A DNA stretch of 64,000 nucleotides from the human T2T-CHM13v2.0 reference genome, Homo sapiens, in NCBI RefSeq assembly GCF_009914755.1, contig NC_060928.1; one strand, given 5' to 3'. Numbering within the stretch: position 1 is the stretch's first letter; every line of letters begins with the position of its first letter. This document shows positions 40,830 to 54,851 of this stretch, one piece after another. Both the position numbers and the translations under genes were made by a program. The notes under the pieces were generated by a model. It worked only from the letters and a program-made list of their open reading frames with translations, did not search any database and had not been told where the DNA came from.

Positions 40830-41640
40830 AAAACTTAAACAGAATCTGTATGTAGTCTTCCATGACTTGCTTATTTCTCCCTTAATAATGTTTCTAAAAT
40901 TCATATATGTTGCTCATTCATTTTTATTGCTGTGAAGAGTTAGTTGCTATTTTCACAACTTATTTTATCATTCTGTTCTTAATGGGTATTTGAATTGTTC
41001 TCAGGATTTGTTATTATAAACAATACTTCTTGTATTAGTCTGTTTTCATGCTGCTGATAAAGACACGCGTGAGACTGGGAAAAAAAAGGAGGTTTAATTG
41101 GACTTACAGTTCCACATGGCTGGGGAGGCCTCAGAATCATGGTAGGAGGTGAAAGGTACTTCTTACACGGTGGCAGCAAGAGAAAATGAGAAAGATGCAA
41201 AACCAGAAACCCCTGATAAAACCATCAGATCTCATAAGACTTATTCACTACCATGAGAACAGTATGGGGGAAACCGCCCTCATGATTTAAATCATCTCCC
41301 ACCTGGTCCCTCCCACAATACATGGGAATTATAGGAGTACAATTCAAGATGAGATTTGGTTGGGGACACAGCCAAACCATATCACTGCTATAAGCATTTT
41401 CTAAAATTTGTGTTTTAGTAAAAAACAGAAGCGTTTATCTAGATTATTTTCATAGACATTGATTGCTAAGTTGTGGGTATGTATCTATAAATGTGACTAG
41501 GCAATACTGAATTGTTTCTCAAGCAGATGTATAGTTTCAAATGCTTAACAGCGTAGTATGAGCATTCTCAGTGTTTTATGTCCTCACAAATACATAGTAT
41601 TTTTCAACCATTCAATTTTCACTGATCAAGATGTCTATAA
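40830..41640 (-). mobile_element. Old L1ME-like 3' end (host of the THE1 LTR)
   Basis: ctcattcatttttattgctg...tgggtatttgaattgttc...ttattataaacaatac[THE1]ctgctataagcatt...ttgattgctaagttgtggg. Confidence 0.65.
41031..41384 (-). mobile_element. THE1A/B solo LTR (MaLR)
   Basis: tgtattagtctgttttcatgctgctgataaagac...ggggacacagccaaaccatatca, 354 bp; 5-bp TSD cttct/ctgct. Confidence 0.94.
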
Positions 41641-43524
41641 AATAGTTCTTGTCTTTCTTCCATTCCTTTCTTTTCCTCTTTATTTTAAATGTAATGACTT
41701 TGTGGCTTGTTTGTATTGTCCCATAAACTCATTTTCATACAGGTTTGTTTACTCAAGTAACATCTATCTTTTTATTGTGAGCTAATCTTCAGTAGAGGCT
41801 GATTTTTTTTTTCAGGTGGAAGTCCTGTGCATCAGGATTGTGGAAGTATTATTAGAGAGTAGTTTTGTGTTTGTGTCTGCTGGAACTCCATTGCTCCCAG
41901 ATCAGTTTTTACACAAAGATTTGGGCAAGATGTCTTGCATGTTCATAGTATCTGCTCCCGTATTTACTATTCTGGCATTGAATTCCTTATTTATTTCTGG
42001 TATCTGGAGATTTCTCTTTCTTTCTTTTGTGTTTTTCCTACTATGTCTGTTGTTGTTGTTGTTGTTGTTCTGTTTTATTCTATTAAATGTTTATAAAGCG
42101 TTCTTGGAATGACAGGGAGAGTCCATGCCAGCTCAGTCTGTCATATTATCAGAAATTCTGGTCTGATTTTTTTTGTATTTCTAAGCCATATAGGAATAAA
42201 TTCTCAAGTAAAGTAATTTCAAGTTATAAATTTTTTAATAAAATTTGACCATAGGAAGAAAATGGACTTGAGTATTACAGTTCCTATGACTATCATTGTT
42301 ATTGCCAATCAATTATTTGGCATTCTGGTTTTGAAACAAGTCTCATAAATTTTTTCTAAAGAAGAAGATCAGCTCTGAGAGTGCACATAACATCAAAGCT
42401 TGCCAGTCTTGGGGCTAGATGCTGGATTTTGATAAAATTTCCTAATGTTATAAATGCTACCTTATGTAGCTTGGAGACACAGCCTGACTATAGGAAATTT
42501 TCTCTAGTAATCAGAACTCAGTTGGCTGCATCTATATGTGTGATTAGCATCTACAGGCCATAGTACATGCCCAGGCTCACAATACTTAATTAACATTGTA
42601 CATTATCAGCCTATGTTTTCAAAAATTAATTTTCAACCATGTGAAAATTTAATAAATTATTTTTACATTTAATTGCCTTATGTATAAGATATGCTATTAA
42701 TTATATTAATTGCTTTGAATTTAGAATTGTTATTAGGTGAATTCCAAAATTATTTCTGCCTTTTAAGAAACTTCATACTTCGTAATTCTTAGTGATTTAA
42801 GTCATCTTTCTCCCATTAAAAAGAGATAAGGAGATTATATAGAACATATTTCTTAGGGTCATAATATCTCTAAAATTTATTCAACAAATTTAATTTAGAA
42901 GAAAAAACTAGAGTAGATAAAATATGATTCCAAATGTTTTATTTTCATGCATTTTATGTTTTCTCTATTATTTGTTTTTGGTAGGTAGTCAAGCCTAAAT
43001 TCCCCCAATTCATCATTACAAATCTATAAAAGACATTCTCTTGCAAGGTCCAGAAATGAATTAAATTTCCTATTTGTGATAATCTTTGGGGGCTGAAAAT
43101 GAGGAATTTCTATTAAAGACTTACACAATTGAGAAAATAGAATAAGTAATGGAAGCTGTTTTAAGTGAACAGGAACCAAGTCTTATCAACGTGTAAAGCT
43201 AAATGTACCAGTCATTCTTAAATATGCTCTAGTCATAACCAAATCCCTACATTTAAATTTTCAGGGAAAGGGAAAATGAAACTAATCTATACACATATTC
43301 TACTATGTTACATGGCTCAACATTGTGCATTTATTCTGATTACCTAGTAGTTGCTACTCCATATCTTCATTTCAGACATTTATTGGGTACCCATTACATG
43401 AGATACACTATCTGAGAACAGCATAAAGTTGACCAAGATAAAGTCTCTATTCTTAAGAGGAAATCTAGTTGAAACATAGATTCGACTAACTAAATGTTGC
43501 TTAATAAAACTTGCTTTAAATATG

Positions 43525-46500
43525 AGACAAAGATATGTTCAAAGTAAAACATAGAGAAAATACTATGCAAAGAATAATAAAAAGAAAGCTGATTTGCTCT
43601 CTTACTATTAAATAAATCTACTTCATAGAGGGGTATATTAAAATTGAGAAAAGGATATTGAGGTCAATTTATTAAGAAGACATAACAATCAAATATGTAT
43701 GCAGCTAATAACAAAGCTTCAAAATACACAAAGAAAAAGTATGTTAGAACTGAATGGCTAAATAAATCTACAATTATAGTTAGAGATTTCAATACTTCTT
43801 ACAGTAATTAATAAAACAAAGAGTTAAATACCATTAAGATATAGAGAACTTAACAATACCCTTAAGCAATTTGATCTGGTTAATATTTACAAAACACTTC
43901 AACCAAAATCTATGTACAATATACATTTTTCAAATGCAAATGGAATATTTGCCAAGATAAAACATATTATCAGCCACAAAACAAACCAAATGAAATTACA
44001 TAAAGTGTGTCTTCTGATGTCAGTAGAAGTAAATCAGAAATCAATAACTTAAAAATCTGATTTCCAAATCAAAAATAAGTAATTAAAAAATGTGAAAATC
44101 TCCAAATTCTGAATCGCTTATTCAGAATTTAAGCAATATATGTTGAAACAACTCTTGATTAAAGAAAAAATAACAAAAATATTTAGACTATAAGTTTAAT
44201 TGAACGTGAATGAAAGCACATTGGGATGAAATTAAAACCATATTTACAGGGAAATCTACAGAATTAATGCCTACATTAGAAAAGAAGGAATCCTAAGTTG
44301 CCATCTTAATAAACTAGAAAAAGAAGGACCAACTAAAAATCAAATGAGTGGAAGGAAGAAAACAACAAAGATAGCAGAAATCAATGAATTAGAAAACAGA
44401 CAAACAATAGAAAAAATTAATAGAACCAAAACCAGGATTTTTGAGATGATCCATAAAACTGATAAACAGACTGCTCAGGAAAAACACAGAGAAGATAAAA
44501 ATTATCAAGATCAAGATCAAGAGATGGAGCAGCTCTCTAGGTTCTACAGAAGTTAAAAAGAATAGTATAATTTATTGATAATAATTTTAGCAATGTAAAA
44601 ACATGAACAAAAGAAATTGAATTTTTTTTTAAGTCACCCTCAAAGAAAACTCAAGCCACAGATGGCTTCACTGGACAATTCTGCCAAATAATTAAGAAAA
44701 CAATAATGAAAATTCTACACAAACTCTTTCAAAAAAAAAAAAAAAAAGAAGTAGATACACTCTCCAACTCATTGTGTGAGGCCAGCATACCTTGACACCA
44801 AAACCAGATAAACATATCATGAAAAAATAAAACGGAAGGCCAATAATCCTCATAGATATAGATGCAAAACTGTTTAACAAAATATTGGCAAAAAAAAATC
44901 CACCAGTATGTAAAAATAATATATCATGACTAAGTGGTGTTTAACCCAGAAATTCAAAGATAGTTCAACATTTTAAAATCAATCAATATTTACTATATAG
45001 ATAGACAAACAGAAAGTATATAATCATCTCAACAGGTACAGGAAAACTATTTGACAAAATTCAGCATCCATTCATGATAAAAATGCTCAGCAAACTAGGG
45101 AATATAAAGGAACTCCCTTAACCCAATAAAGGGCATCGGCAAAAAAAACACTACAGCTAATATCTTACATATTAATAGAAATTTGATGTTTCCCCCTAAG
45201 ATTGAGAACAAGGCAAAGATTTCTACTTTTACAAATTATATTCAACATTGTACAGTGAAGCGAAAGAAAGAAATAAAAGATATACAGATCAGAAAGGAAG
45301 AGAGAAAACTGTCTTTAATTGCCAGTGACATAACTGTTTATGTAGAAAATCCTAGGAAATTCAGAAAAAAATGCTTCAGGAATTTATAGAAGAGTTTAGC
45401 CTGATGGCAGGATAAAAGATCAATATGTAAAAAAATCTTAACATGTTAAACATACATATCTGCATTTTGCCCCAGCAGTATGTTAGCTATTTATCTGAGG
45501 AGGATAAAAACACATTACCATAAAAACCATATGTAAATGTTTATAGCAATGCACAATTGGAAGCTAAAATTTAAAAAATTTAAAAAACACAAAGTACCTA
45601 GTGATAAACTTAACGAACATGTGCAAGACCCGTACACTGAAAACTATAAAGCTTTGCTCAGAGAAGGATACCTAAGTAAATGAGGAGATAAATCACTTTA
45701 ATAGATCAGAAGATTCAATATTGAGATGTCATCTTTTCTCATATTAATATATAAATTTTATACCACCCCAATTAAAATCCCACCTGTTCTATTTCTAAAA
45801 ATAAATAACTTGAATCTAAAATCTATATGAAAATGCAAACACTCTTCTAGTAAAAGAACAATTTTGAAACAGTAGAAGAAAGTTGAGTCACTCATACTAC
45901 CTGATTTCAAGATTTACTATAAAGCTGGACCAATCAAGATGGTGTGATATTGACATAAGAATAGACCTATAGATCAAAATAACAGAGCAGAGAGCTTAGA
46001 AGCAGACCTACTTGTAAATGACAAATTGATATGTGACAATAATATTAAAGTAATTTGGTGAGGAGAGAAAAGTCTTCTTAGAAAATAGTGTTGAATACTT
46101 AAATATTTATATCCAAAAAAAACCTCAATTCATTGCCTCATGCTCTTTATAAAAATTAGCTATTAGTTAGTATAGACCTAAACACAAAGGTTAAAATTAA
46201 AAATTGTATAGGAGAAAACTTAGGAGAAAATTCACATCAACTTGAGTTTGGTAAAGTTTTCCTAGATTGGCACATAAAGCACAAATCACAAAAGAAAACA
46301 CTTATAAATTGGACTTTATCAAAATTTTAAACTTCTGCTCTTTAAAAGCCACTCTAAAGAAAATGAAGATAAGCAACAATCTGGGAGAAAATATTTGGGA
46401 AACTCATATTTGACATAGGGCTTATACCCAAATTTATAAAGAGCTCTTATAATTCAACAATAAGACACAAACTTGATTTAAAAATGAGCAAAAGAACTGA

Positions 46501-47120
46501 ATGAAGAGCTCACAAAAAGAAACATACAAATGACCAGGAAAAGATGATCAATATTATTAGCCATCAGAAAAATAAAGTGTTTTAAATGAGATTTCACTAT
46601 ACACCCTAGAGAATGGCTAAAAGGAAAAAAACTGATGATATAAGAGTTGATGACACTATGGAAAAACTGGATTCCTTTTGCTAATGGTAGTGCAAAATGG
46701 TACAGCAACTCTGGAAAACAGTTTAGTAGTTAAACGTATCTTTACCATATGACCTAACATTTCCACTCTTTGGTATTTACTCAAAAGAAATAAAAACCTG
46801 TGTTCACCCAAAGGCCTACTTGCCAGTGTTTATAGCAGCTTTATACATATTAGCTACAAATGGAAATAATTGAAATATCTATCTACTGGTAAATAGCTAA
46901 GCAAAGTATAGTATAGCTATAACTGAATAGTACAATTTAGTAACAAAAATTAATGAACTATGTAACTACATTATGCTAAGTAAAAAAAGGCAGATACAAA
47001 ACAAACATATCTTAGGTGGTGGTTACCTGACTGTAAACATTTGTCAAAACTCTTCTAACTCTATATACTTTTTAAAAGTATATTTTTATTGTATGTAAAT
47101 TATACCTTTAAAAATGTCTA
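43525..47120 (+). mobile_element. Old L1MC/L1MD-like ORF2 and 3'UTR
   Basis: Continuous degenerate ORF2 (ORF 45183 KDIQIRKEERKLSLIASDITVYVENP) ending ggtggtggttacctgactgtaaacatttgtcaaaactc...tgtatgtaaattatacc. Confidence 0.85.
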
Positions 47121-47488
47121 ACTTAAAATAAGTCGGTGGAATTGAGGAGAGAAGAGGTAACAGAGGTAACAAATTTAAGGAATAGGTGGTCCAGAGATCC
47201 AATAATTTGACAATATTTTTTACAAAGAGAACAGAGAAAATCAAGAAGTAGAAATCATCAAAGAAATAATTCAGGAAAATTTCCCAGAATTGAAAGACAT
47301 CAAATTCTCAATTTAAACAGTTCGTTGCATGCCTAGTAAATGGATAAAAATAGACCTATCAAAGCACTTTTAGAACACCAAAGACAAAAGGAAATATCCC
47401 ATCAACTTCTGTGCTGAAGTTTGGGGCAGGGGCGATGGAACAGGTCACATAACAAAAGATCAAAACTTAGGAAGACCCAACATTTTTC

Positions 47489-50400
47489 TCTCTTTTTGTA
47501 AAAAATAAGTTTTATTGTTTATATTTAAGGTATACAATGTGATGTATGAGACACATATAGATAGTAAAAAGGTTACTATAGTAAATTAACATATCATTCA
47601 TCTCACATCATTCCCCATTTTTTTGTTTTTGTAGCAAGAACAGCTAAAATATACTCATTTACCATAAATCCCATATACAGTATAATTTTATTACCTAGAC
47701 TCCTCAAGTTGTTCATTAGATCTCTAGACTTGTTTATTCTACATATCTGCTATTTTATATTCTCTGACCTACATCTTCCCATTCTTCATCACCCTTTGTA
47801 ACTACTATTTGTTCTCTATCTCTGTATATGTAATTTTTAAAGTTTTCAAGTTCCACATACATGTAATATCATACAACATTTTTCTTTGTTATCTATTGAT
47901 AGATTATCTTTTAGGATAAAGTAATATTCCATTGTACATATATATCACAGTTCCTTTATCCATCTATCAGTGAGCACTTAAGATGTTTTAATATCTTGGC
48001 TATTGTGAATAATGATGCAATTAACATGAGAGTGAAGATATCTTTATGAGGTGGTGATTCTATTTCTTTTGGGCATTTACACAGCAGAGAAATTATTGGG
48101 TCATATAGTAGTTCTATTTTCAGTTTCTATAGAAACTTTCATACTATTTTTCATAATAGCTGCACCAATCTACATTTCCACCCGTGTGTACAAGGGTTCC
48201 CATTTCTTCACACTCATAACATTTGTTATCTTTTGACTTTTTGATAATAGTCATTCTAACAAGTGTGAGTTAGCATTTCATGGTGGTTTTGATTTGCATT
48301 TCCCTGAAGATTAATCATGTTGAGCCCCTTTTCATGTACCCATTGGCCATTTTTATATCTTCTTTGGACAAAGGTCTATTTAGGTATTTTGCCCATTTTG
48401 TAATTGAATAATTTGTTTTTCCACTATTGAGTTGTATAAATTCTTTATTAATTTTGAATATTAACTTATCAGATATATGATTTGCTGATATTTTTCCCAA
48501 TTTATAGTCTGCTGTTTCACTTTGTTGACTGTTTCCTTTGTTGTGCCAAGCTTTTTAGTTTGATGTAATCTCATTTACTTATTTTGCTTTTGTGGCCTCA
48601 GTTTTTGGTGTGATGTCCAAAACATCATTGCCAAGGCCAATGTTCAAGAGTTTTCCTCTGTGTTATCTTCTAGGAGTTTTATAGTTTCTGCTTTTACATT
48701 GAGGTCTTTTAACCATTTAGGGTCATTTTTGTGTATGGTGTAAGGGTACAATTTCATGGGTTTTTGCATGTAGAAATCCAGTTTTTCCAGCATCTTTTAT
48801 TGAACAGATTATCCTCTTCCCCTTGTGTCCTCTTGGTGCCCTTGTCAAAAATTAGCTTACCATATATGTTTGGATTTACTTCTTGGTGCTCTATTCTGCT
48901 CCACTGGTCTGTGTGTTTGTTTTTATGTCACTACCATACTGTTTTGATTACCATACAGCTTTGTAATATAATTTTTAAAAAGGAAGTGTGATGCCCCCAA
49001 CTTTGTTTTTCTTTCTCAGAATTATTTTTGCTATTTGGGGTGTTTTATGGTTCCATACAAATTTTAAGATTGTTAATTCTATTCCTGTGAAGAATGTCAT
49101 CGGAATTTTGATAGGGATTATATTGCTTTGGGTGGCATGGACATTTTAAAAATATTAATTCTTCTGATCTATGAGCACAGGATGTCTTTTCATTTATATT
49201 TCTTTCATCAATGTTTTATAGTTTTCAGAGTACAGATCTTTCAACTCCTTGGTTAAATTTACTCCTGGATATTTTAATTTATTTTTGTTGCCATTATAAA
49301 CGGAATTGTTTTCTTGGTTTCTTTTTCAGCTAAATTGTTACTTGTGTATAAAAATGCTCCTGACAGTTTCCTGGTGGAGTCTTTAGGTTTGTTTTTTTTT
49401 CCTAAACATGAGATCACATGATCTGCAAACAAAAATAATTTTATTTCTTCCTTTCCCATTTGGATGCCCTTTATTTCCTTCTCTTGTTTAATTGTTCTGG
49501 CTAGGACTTCCAGTACTATGTTGAATAACAGTGGTGAAAGTGGGCACCCTTGTCTTGTTCTAGATCTCAGAGGAAGGGCTTTCAGTTTTTTACCCATTCA
49601 GTATGACATTAGTTGTGGTTTGGTTGTATATGGCCTTAATTCTATGGAGGTGTGTTCCTTCTATACCCAGTTTCTTCAGTGACTTTATTATGAAGAGGTG
49701 TTGAATGTTTTTTCAGCATCTATATAAATGACCATAAGATTTTTGTCTATTCTATTGATGTGATGGGTCACATTTATTGACCTGTATATGTTGAGCCATC
49801 CTTGCATCCCTAGGATAAATCCCTCTAATCATGTTAAATAATCTTTTTAATGTGTTTTCGAATTTTGTTTGCTGGTATTTCATTAATATTTTTTGCATCT
49901 ATGTTCATCAGGGATATTGGTCTGTAGTTTTCTTTTTTGTGTCTTTGTCTGGCTTTGGTATCAGGGTCACAGTGGTTTTACAGACTGAGCTTGGAAGTGT
50001 TTTCTCCTCCTTAATCTTTTTGAATAGTTTGAGGAGGATTGGTATTAATTCTTTTTTAAATATTTGGACAAATTTAGCAGTGAAGCCATCAGGTCCTGAG
50101 CTTTTCTTTGATGGAAGACTTTTAATTACTGCTTCTATCTCTTGTTTATTATTGTTCTATTTAATTTTTGGATTTATTCATAGTTTAATTTTGGTAGGTT
50201 TATGTGTCTAGGAATTTAACCAGTTTTCCAGACTTCGCAACTTACTGGCATATAGTTTATCGTAATAGTCTCTAATGGTTCTTTGAATTTCTTTTCATCC
50301 ATTTTAATGTCTATTAGAACTGATAAATCTGGCAAAGTTGCAGGATACAAAATCATATATAAAAATCGGTACATTTCTATATGCCAACATCAAATAATCT

Positions 50401-53089
50401 GAAACAAAAACCCAAAAAACTAATCTCATTAATAATAGCTACAAATAACATAAAATGCCTAGGTATAAACATAATTAAAGAAGTGAAAGATATCTATAAT
50501 AAAAACTATAAGACATTGATGAAATACATTGAATAAGACACACAAAAAAACTAAAAGGGATTCCATGTTCATGGATTGGAAGTATCAATATTGTTAAACT
50601 GTTCATACTAATCAGAGCATTCTACATATTCAATGCAATCCCTATCCAAATACCAATTACACTCTTCACAGAAATAAAAAGGAACTAAAATTTGTATGAA
50701 ACCACAAAAGATTCTGAATAGCTAAAGCAATCTTGAGCAAAAAGAATAAAGCTCAAAGCATCACACTACATGACTTCAAATTATACTACAAATCTCTAGT
50801 AACCAAAACAGCATAGTACTGGCATAGAAACAGACACATAGACCAATGGAACAGAATAGAGAATCCAGAAATAAATCCATGCACTTACAGTCAATTCATT
50901 TTCTACAAAGGCACCAAAAACACACACTTCGGAAAGGACAGTCTCTTAAATGAATTGTGCTGGGAAAACAAGTTATCCATATGCAGATGAATGAAACTAG
51001 GCCTCTATTTCTCACCACATACAAAAATCAAGTTAAAATAACAAAACACTTACATTTAAGACCAGAAACTATGAAACTACTAGAATAAATTGTTGGGGAA
51101 GTTATTATGACTTATATACAGTGGAAATAAATTATTCCAATCTATGGGTTCAGGTAAAGATTTCTTGATTAAGACCTCAAAAACACAAGCAACCATAGCA
51201 AAAGTGGACAAATGAGACCATATTGAACTAAAAAGCTTATGTACAGCAAAGAAAACAATCAACAAAGTGAAGAGAAAAGCCACAGAATGGGCAAAAATAT
51301 TTCCAAACTACCCATCTGACAAGGGATTAATACCCAGAACATATAAGGAGTTCAAACAACTTGATAGGGAAAAAACCCAAATAATTCAATTAAAAATGGG
51401 CAAAAGATCTGAATAGATATTTCTCAAAAGAACACATACAAATGACCAATAGGTAAATGAAAAAATGTTTAACATCACTGTTTATCAGAGAAATGCAAAT
51501 CAAAACTACAATGACATATAATCTCACTCTAATTAAAATGGCTTTTATCAAAAAGGCAGGCAATAATGGATGTTGGCAAGGATGTGGAAAAAGAGGAACC
51601 CTCATACACTGTTAGTGAGAATGTAAGTTAATACAGCCACATTGAGAACAGTGTGGAAGTTCCTCAAAAAACTAAAAATAGAACTACTATGTAATCTCTC
51701 AAACCCACTACTGGGTATCTGTCCAAAGAAACAGAAATCAGTATATCAAAGAGATATCTGTACTCTCATGTTTATTGCAGCACAATTTACAATAGCTAAG
51801 ATATGAAATCAACCTAAGTGTCCATCAATGAATGAATGGATAAAAAAAAAGTGGTACAGATATACAATGGAATATTATTCAGCCATAAAAAAGAATGACA
51901 TCCTGTCATTTGCAGCAACATAGATGGAACTAGAGGACATTATATTAAGTGAAATAAGCCAGGCATAGAAAGACAAATATCACATCTTCTCACTCAGATG
52001 TGAGGGCTAAAAGACATAAAACTCATGGAGATAGAGAGTAGAGTGACAGTTACCAGAGGCTGGGAAGGGTAGTGAGGAGGGAGGAATAAAGAAGGGATGG
52101 TCAATACATGCAAAAATGCAGTTAGAAGGAATAAGATATAGTGTATCTAATGTACAGTAGCACAATAGGGTGACTATAGTTAACAGTGCCTTATTATATA
52201 TATCAAATAACTAAAAGGGTGGAATTAGAATGTTCTTAACACAAAGAAATGATAAATGCTTGAAGTGATGGATATCTCGATTACCCTGATTTGATCATTA
52301 CATATTATATGCTTGTATCAACATATCACATGTAACCCATGAATATGTACAACTATTATGTATTCATAATCATTAAAAATGAAAGAAATGCTACCAATTT
52401 TTGTGTTGATTTTGTACTCTGCAGCTTTACTGAATTATTTTCTTAGTTCTAACAGTTTTTAATAAAATGTTTTGGGTATTTTACATATAGAATCCTGTCA
52501 TCTGAAAATAGTGATAATTTTTACTTCTTCCTTTCCAATTTGGATGTGTTTTATTTTTCTTGTCTGATAGCTCTTGCTAGTGTTTTCAGCACTATGTTGA
52601 ACAGAACATAGTTGAATAGAATAGAAGTAGTAAAAGTAAACATTCTTGCCTTATACCAAATTTTAGCGGGAAAGCTTTCAGTTTTTCCCTCTTGATTATG
52701 TTAGTGCAGGATTTTTTATAATTGGCCTTTACAATGTTGAGAAACGTTCTTTCTATACCTAAACTATTGAGAGTTTTTGGTAAGGAAAGATGTTGGACTT
52801 GGTTGAATGCTTTTCCCATGCCAATTGAGATGATTATGGGTTTTTTATCTCTCATTCTGTTTATGTGATGTATTATGTTGACTGATTTATATATGTTAAA
52901 TTAGCCTTGCATGCCAGGGATAAATTTAACTTGGTCATGATGTATACTCTTTTTTCATGTATTGTTAGATTCAGTTTGCTAATACATTATTGAGAATTTT
53001 TGCATCAATGTTCATAAGATAAATTGGCCTGTAGTTTTCTTTTCTTGTGATGCCTTTGTCTGGCTTAGGTATCAAGGTGATGCTAATCT
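47489..53089 (-). mobile_element. L1MA7-like, 5'-truncated (47489-49360 and 52384-53089), interrupted by L1MA3
   Basis: Antisense 3'UTR tttaaggtatacaatgtgatg...agatagtaaaaaggttactatagt; 11-bp TSD caacatttttc at 47478-47488 and 53090-53100. Confidence 0.85.
49361..52383 (+). mobile_element. L1MA3-like with 5' inversion (minus segment 49361-50310, plus segment 50311-52383)
   Basis: Orientation flips at ~50311; L1MA3-type 3'UTR (gtagcacaatagggtgactatagtt...ggtggaattagaatgttc); TSD aaaaatgctcc / agaaatgctac. Confidence 0.85.
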
Positions 53090-54851
53090 CAACATTTTTC
53101 AAGGCAACATGAGAAGCAAGAAGTCAAAGGAGCAATGTTATTTTGTAATTTTAATTGCCAACTTTAATTATGAGGTACATGAAAGAAAATTTCAGACATA
53201 TAATATTTCAGACTTCTTCTCGTGTACCTTTTATTAGAAATCTATCAAATGAGGTGTCCCACCACAAGGAGAGTGTGAAAAGGAAAGAAGATATGAAATG
53301 CAGGAAGAAGGGCATGGAACTTAAGAGAAAGTGAAGGAAAATTTCCAGACTGGTGTGAAGGAACTCTGTATGAGAGCCATTTTGGAGTAAGCCAGCAACT
53401 CTGATTAGAGTGGGCCAAAAGAGGAAGCTGATAGAATTATAGTGGTTTGAATATATTGAGAGGAACGTTAAAAATTGGGAAGAATTTGAGGAAGCATCAA
53501 TGATAAGTATAAAGAAAACCAAGCAGATGAAAAAACATGATCATTATTATCTTCGCTTCAAAACGTTTTGCAAGGAAAAAAAAGAAGAGGAAGTAGTCAT
53601 AGTATACAACATTGCTCACATATGAAAATATTTACATGGTCCTAAAAATGTAAACCTGAAATATTGACCTAACTCAAATGTCTAACTCTATTTAAAGGAT
53701 GGGAATGTGTAAGAATTGTGGTGAAAAGCAGAGGTAGTGTAAAAGAGCTAAATCTTCATTTTCCATGGTGGGAATGCTTCAAAATGAAAATTAAGAAATA
53801 GTAGTCTACACATGCTTTTAAATAAAAAAGTCAAGAAGATGGCCGAATAAGAACAGTTCCGGTCTGCAGCTCCCAGCATGATCGAGGCAGAAGATGGGTG
53901 ATTTCTGCATTTCCAACTAAGGTACCTGGTTCATCTCACTGGGATTGGTTGGACAGTGGGTGCAGCCCATGGAGGGCGAGCCGAAGCAGGGAGGGGCATC
54001 GCCTCTTCTGGGAAGCACAAGGGGTTGGGGGATTTCCCTTTCTTAGCCAAGGGAAGCCATGACAGACTGTACCTGGAAAAACGGGACACTGCTGCCCAAA
54101 TACTGGGCTTTTTCCAAGGTCTTAGCAACCGGCAGACAAGGAGATTCTCTCCTGTGCCTGGCTTGGTGGGTCCCACACCCATGAAGCCTTGCTCACTGCT
54201 AGCACAGCAGTCTGAGATCGAACTGCGAGGCAGCAGCCTGGCTGGGGGAAGGGTGTCCACCATTGCTGAGGCTTGAGTAGGTAAAAAAAGTGGCTGAGAA
54301 GCTCAAACTGGGTGGAGCCCACCGCAGCTCAACAAGGCCTGACTCCATCTCTGTGGTAAGGGCATAGCTGAACAAAAGGCAGCACGCAACTTCTGCAGAC
54401 TTAAACGTCCCTGTCTGACAGCTCTGAAGAGAGCAGTAGTTCTCCCAGCACAGCATTTGAGCTCTGAGAATGGACAGACTGCCTCCTCAAGTGGGTCCCT
54501 GACCCCTGTGTAGCTTAACTGGGAGACACCTCCCAGTAGGGACAGACTGACACCTCATATAGGTGGCTGCCCCTCTGGGATGAAGCTTCCAGAGGAAGGA
54601 TCAGGCAGCAATATTTGCTGTTCTGCAATATTTGCTGTTTTGCAGTCTCCACTGGTGATACCCAGGCAAACAGGGTCTGGAGTGGACCTCCAGCAAACTC
54701 GAACACACCTGCAGCTGAGGGACCTGACTGTTAGAAGAAAAACCAACAAACAGAAAGGAATAGCATCAAAATCAACAAGAAGGTGATCTACAACAAAACC
54801 CCATTTGTAGGTCACCAACATCAAAGACCAAACATAGATAAAACCACAAAG

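Noticed and set aside
54605-54645. Duplicated gcaatatttgctgtt motif
   Set aside because: As I recall, this is a feature of the L1PA6/7 5'UTR consensus and not locus-specific.
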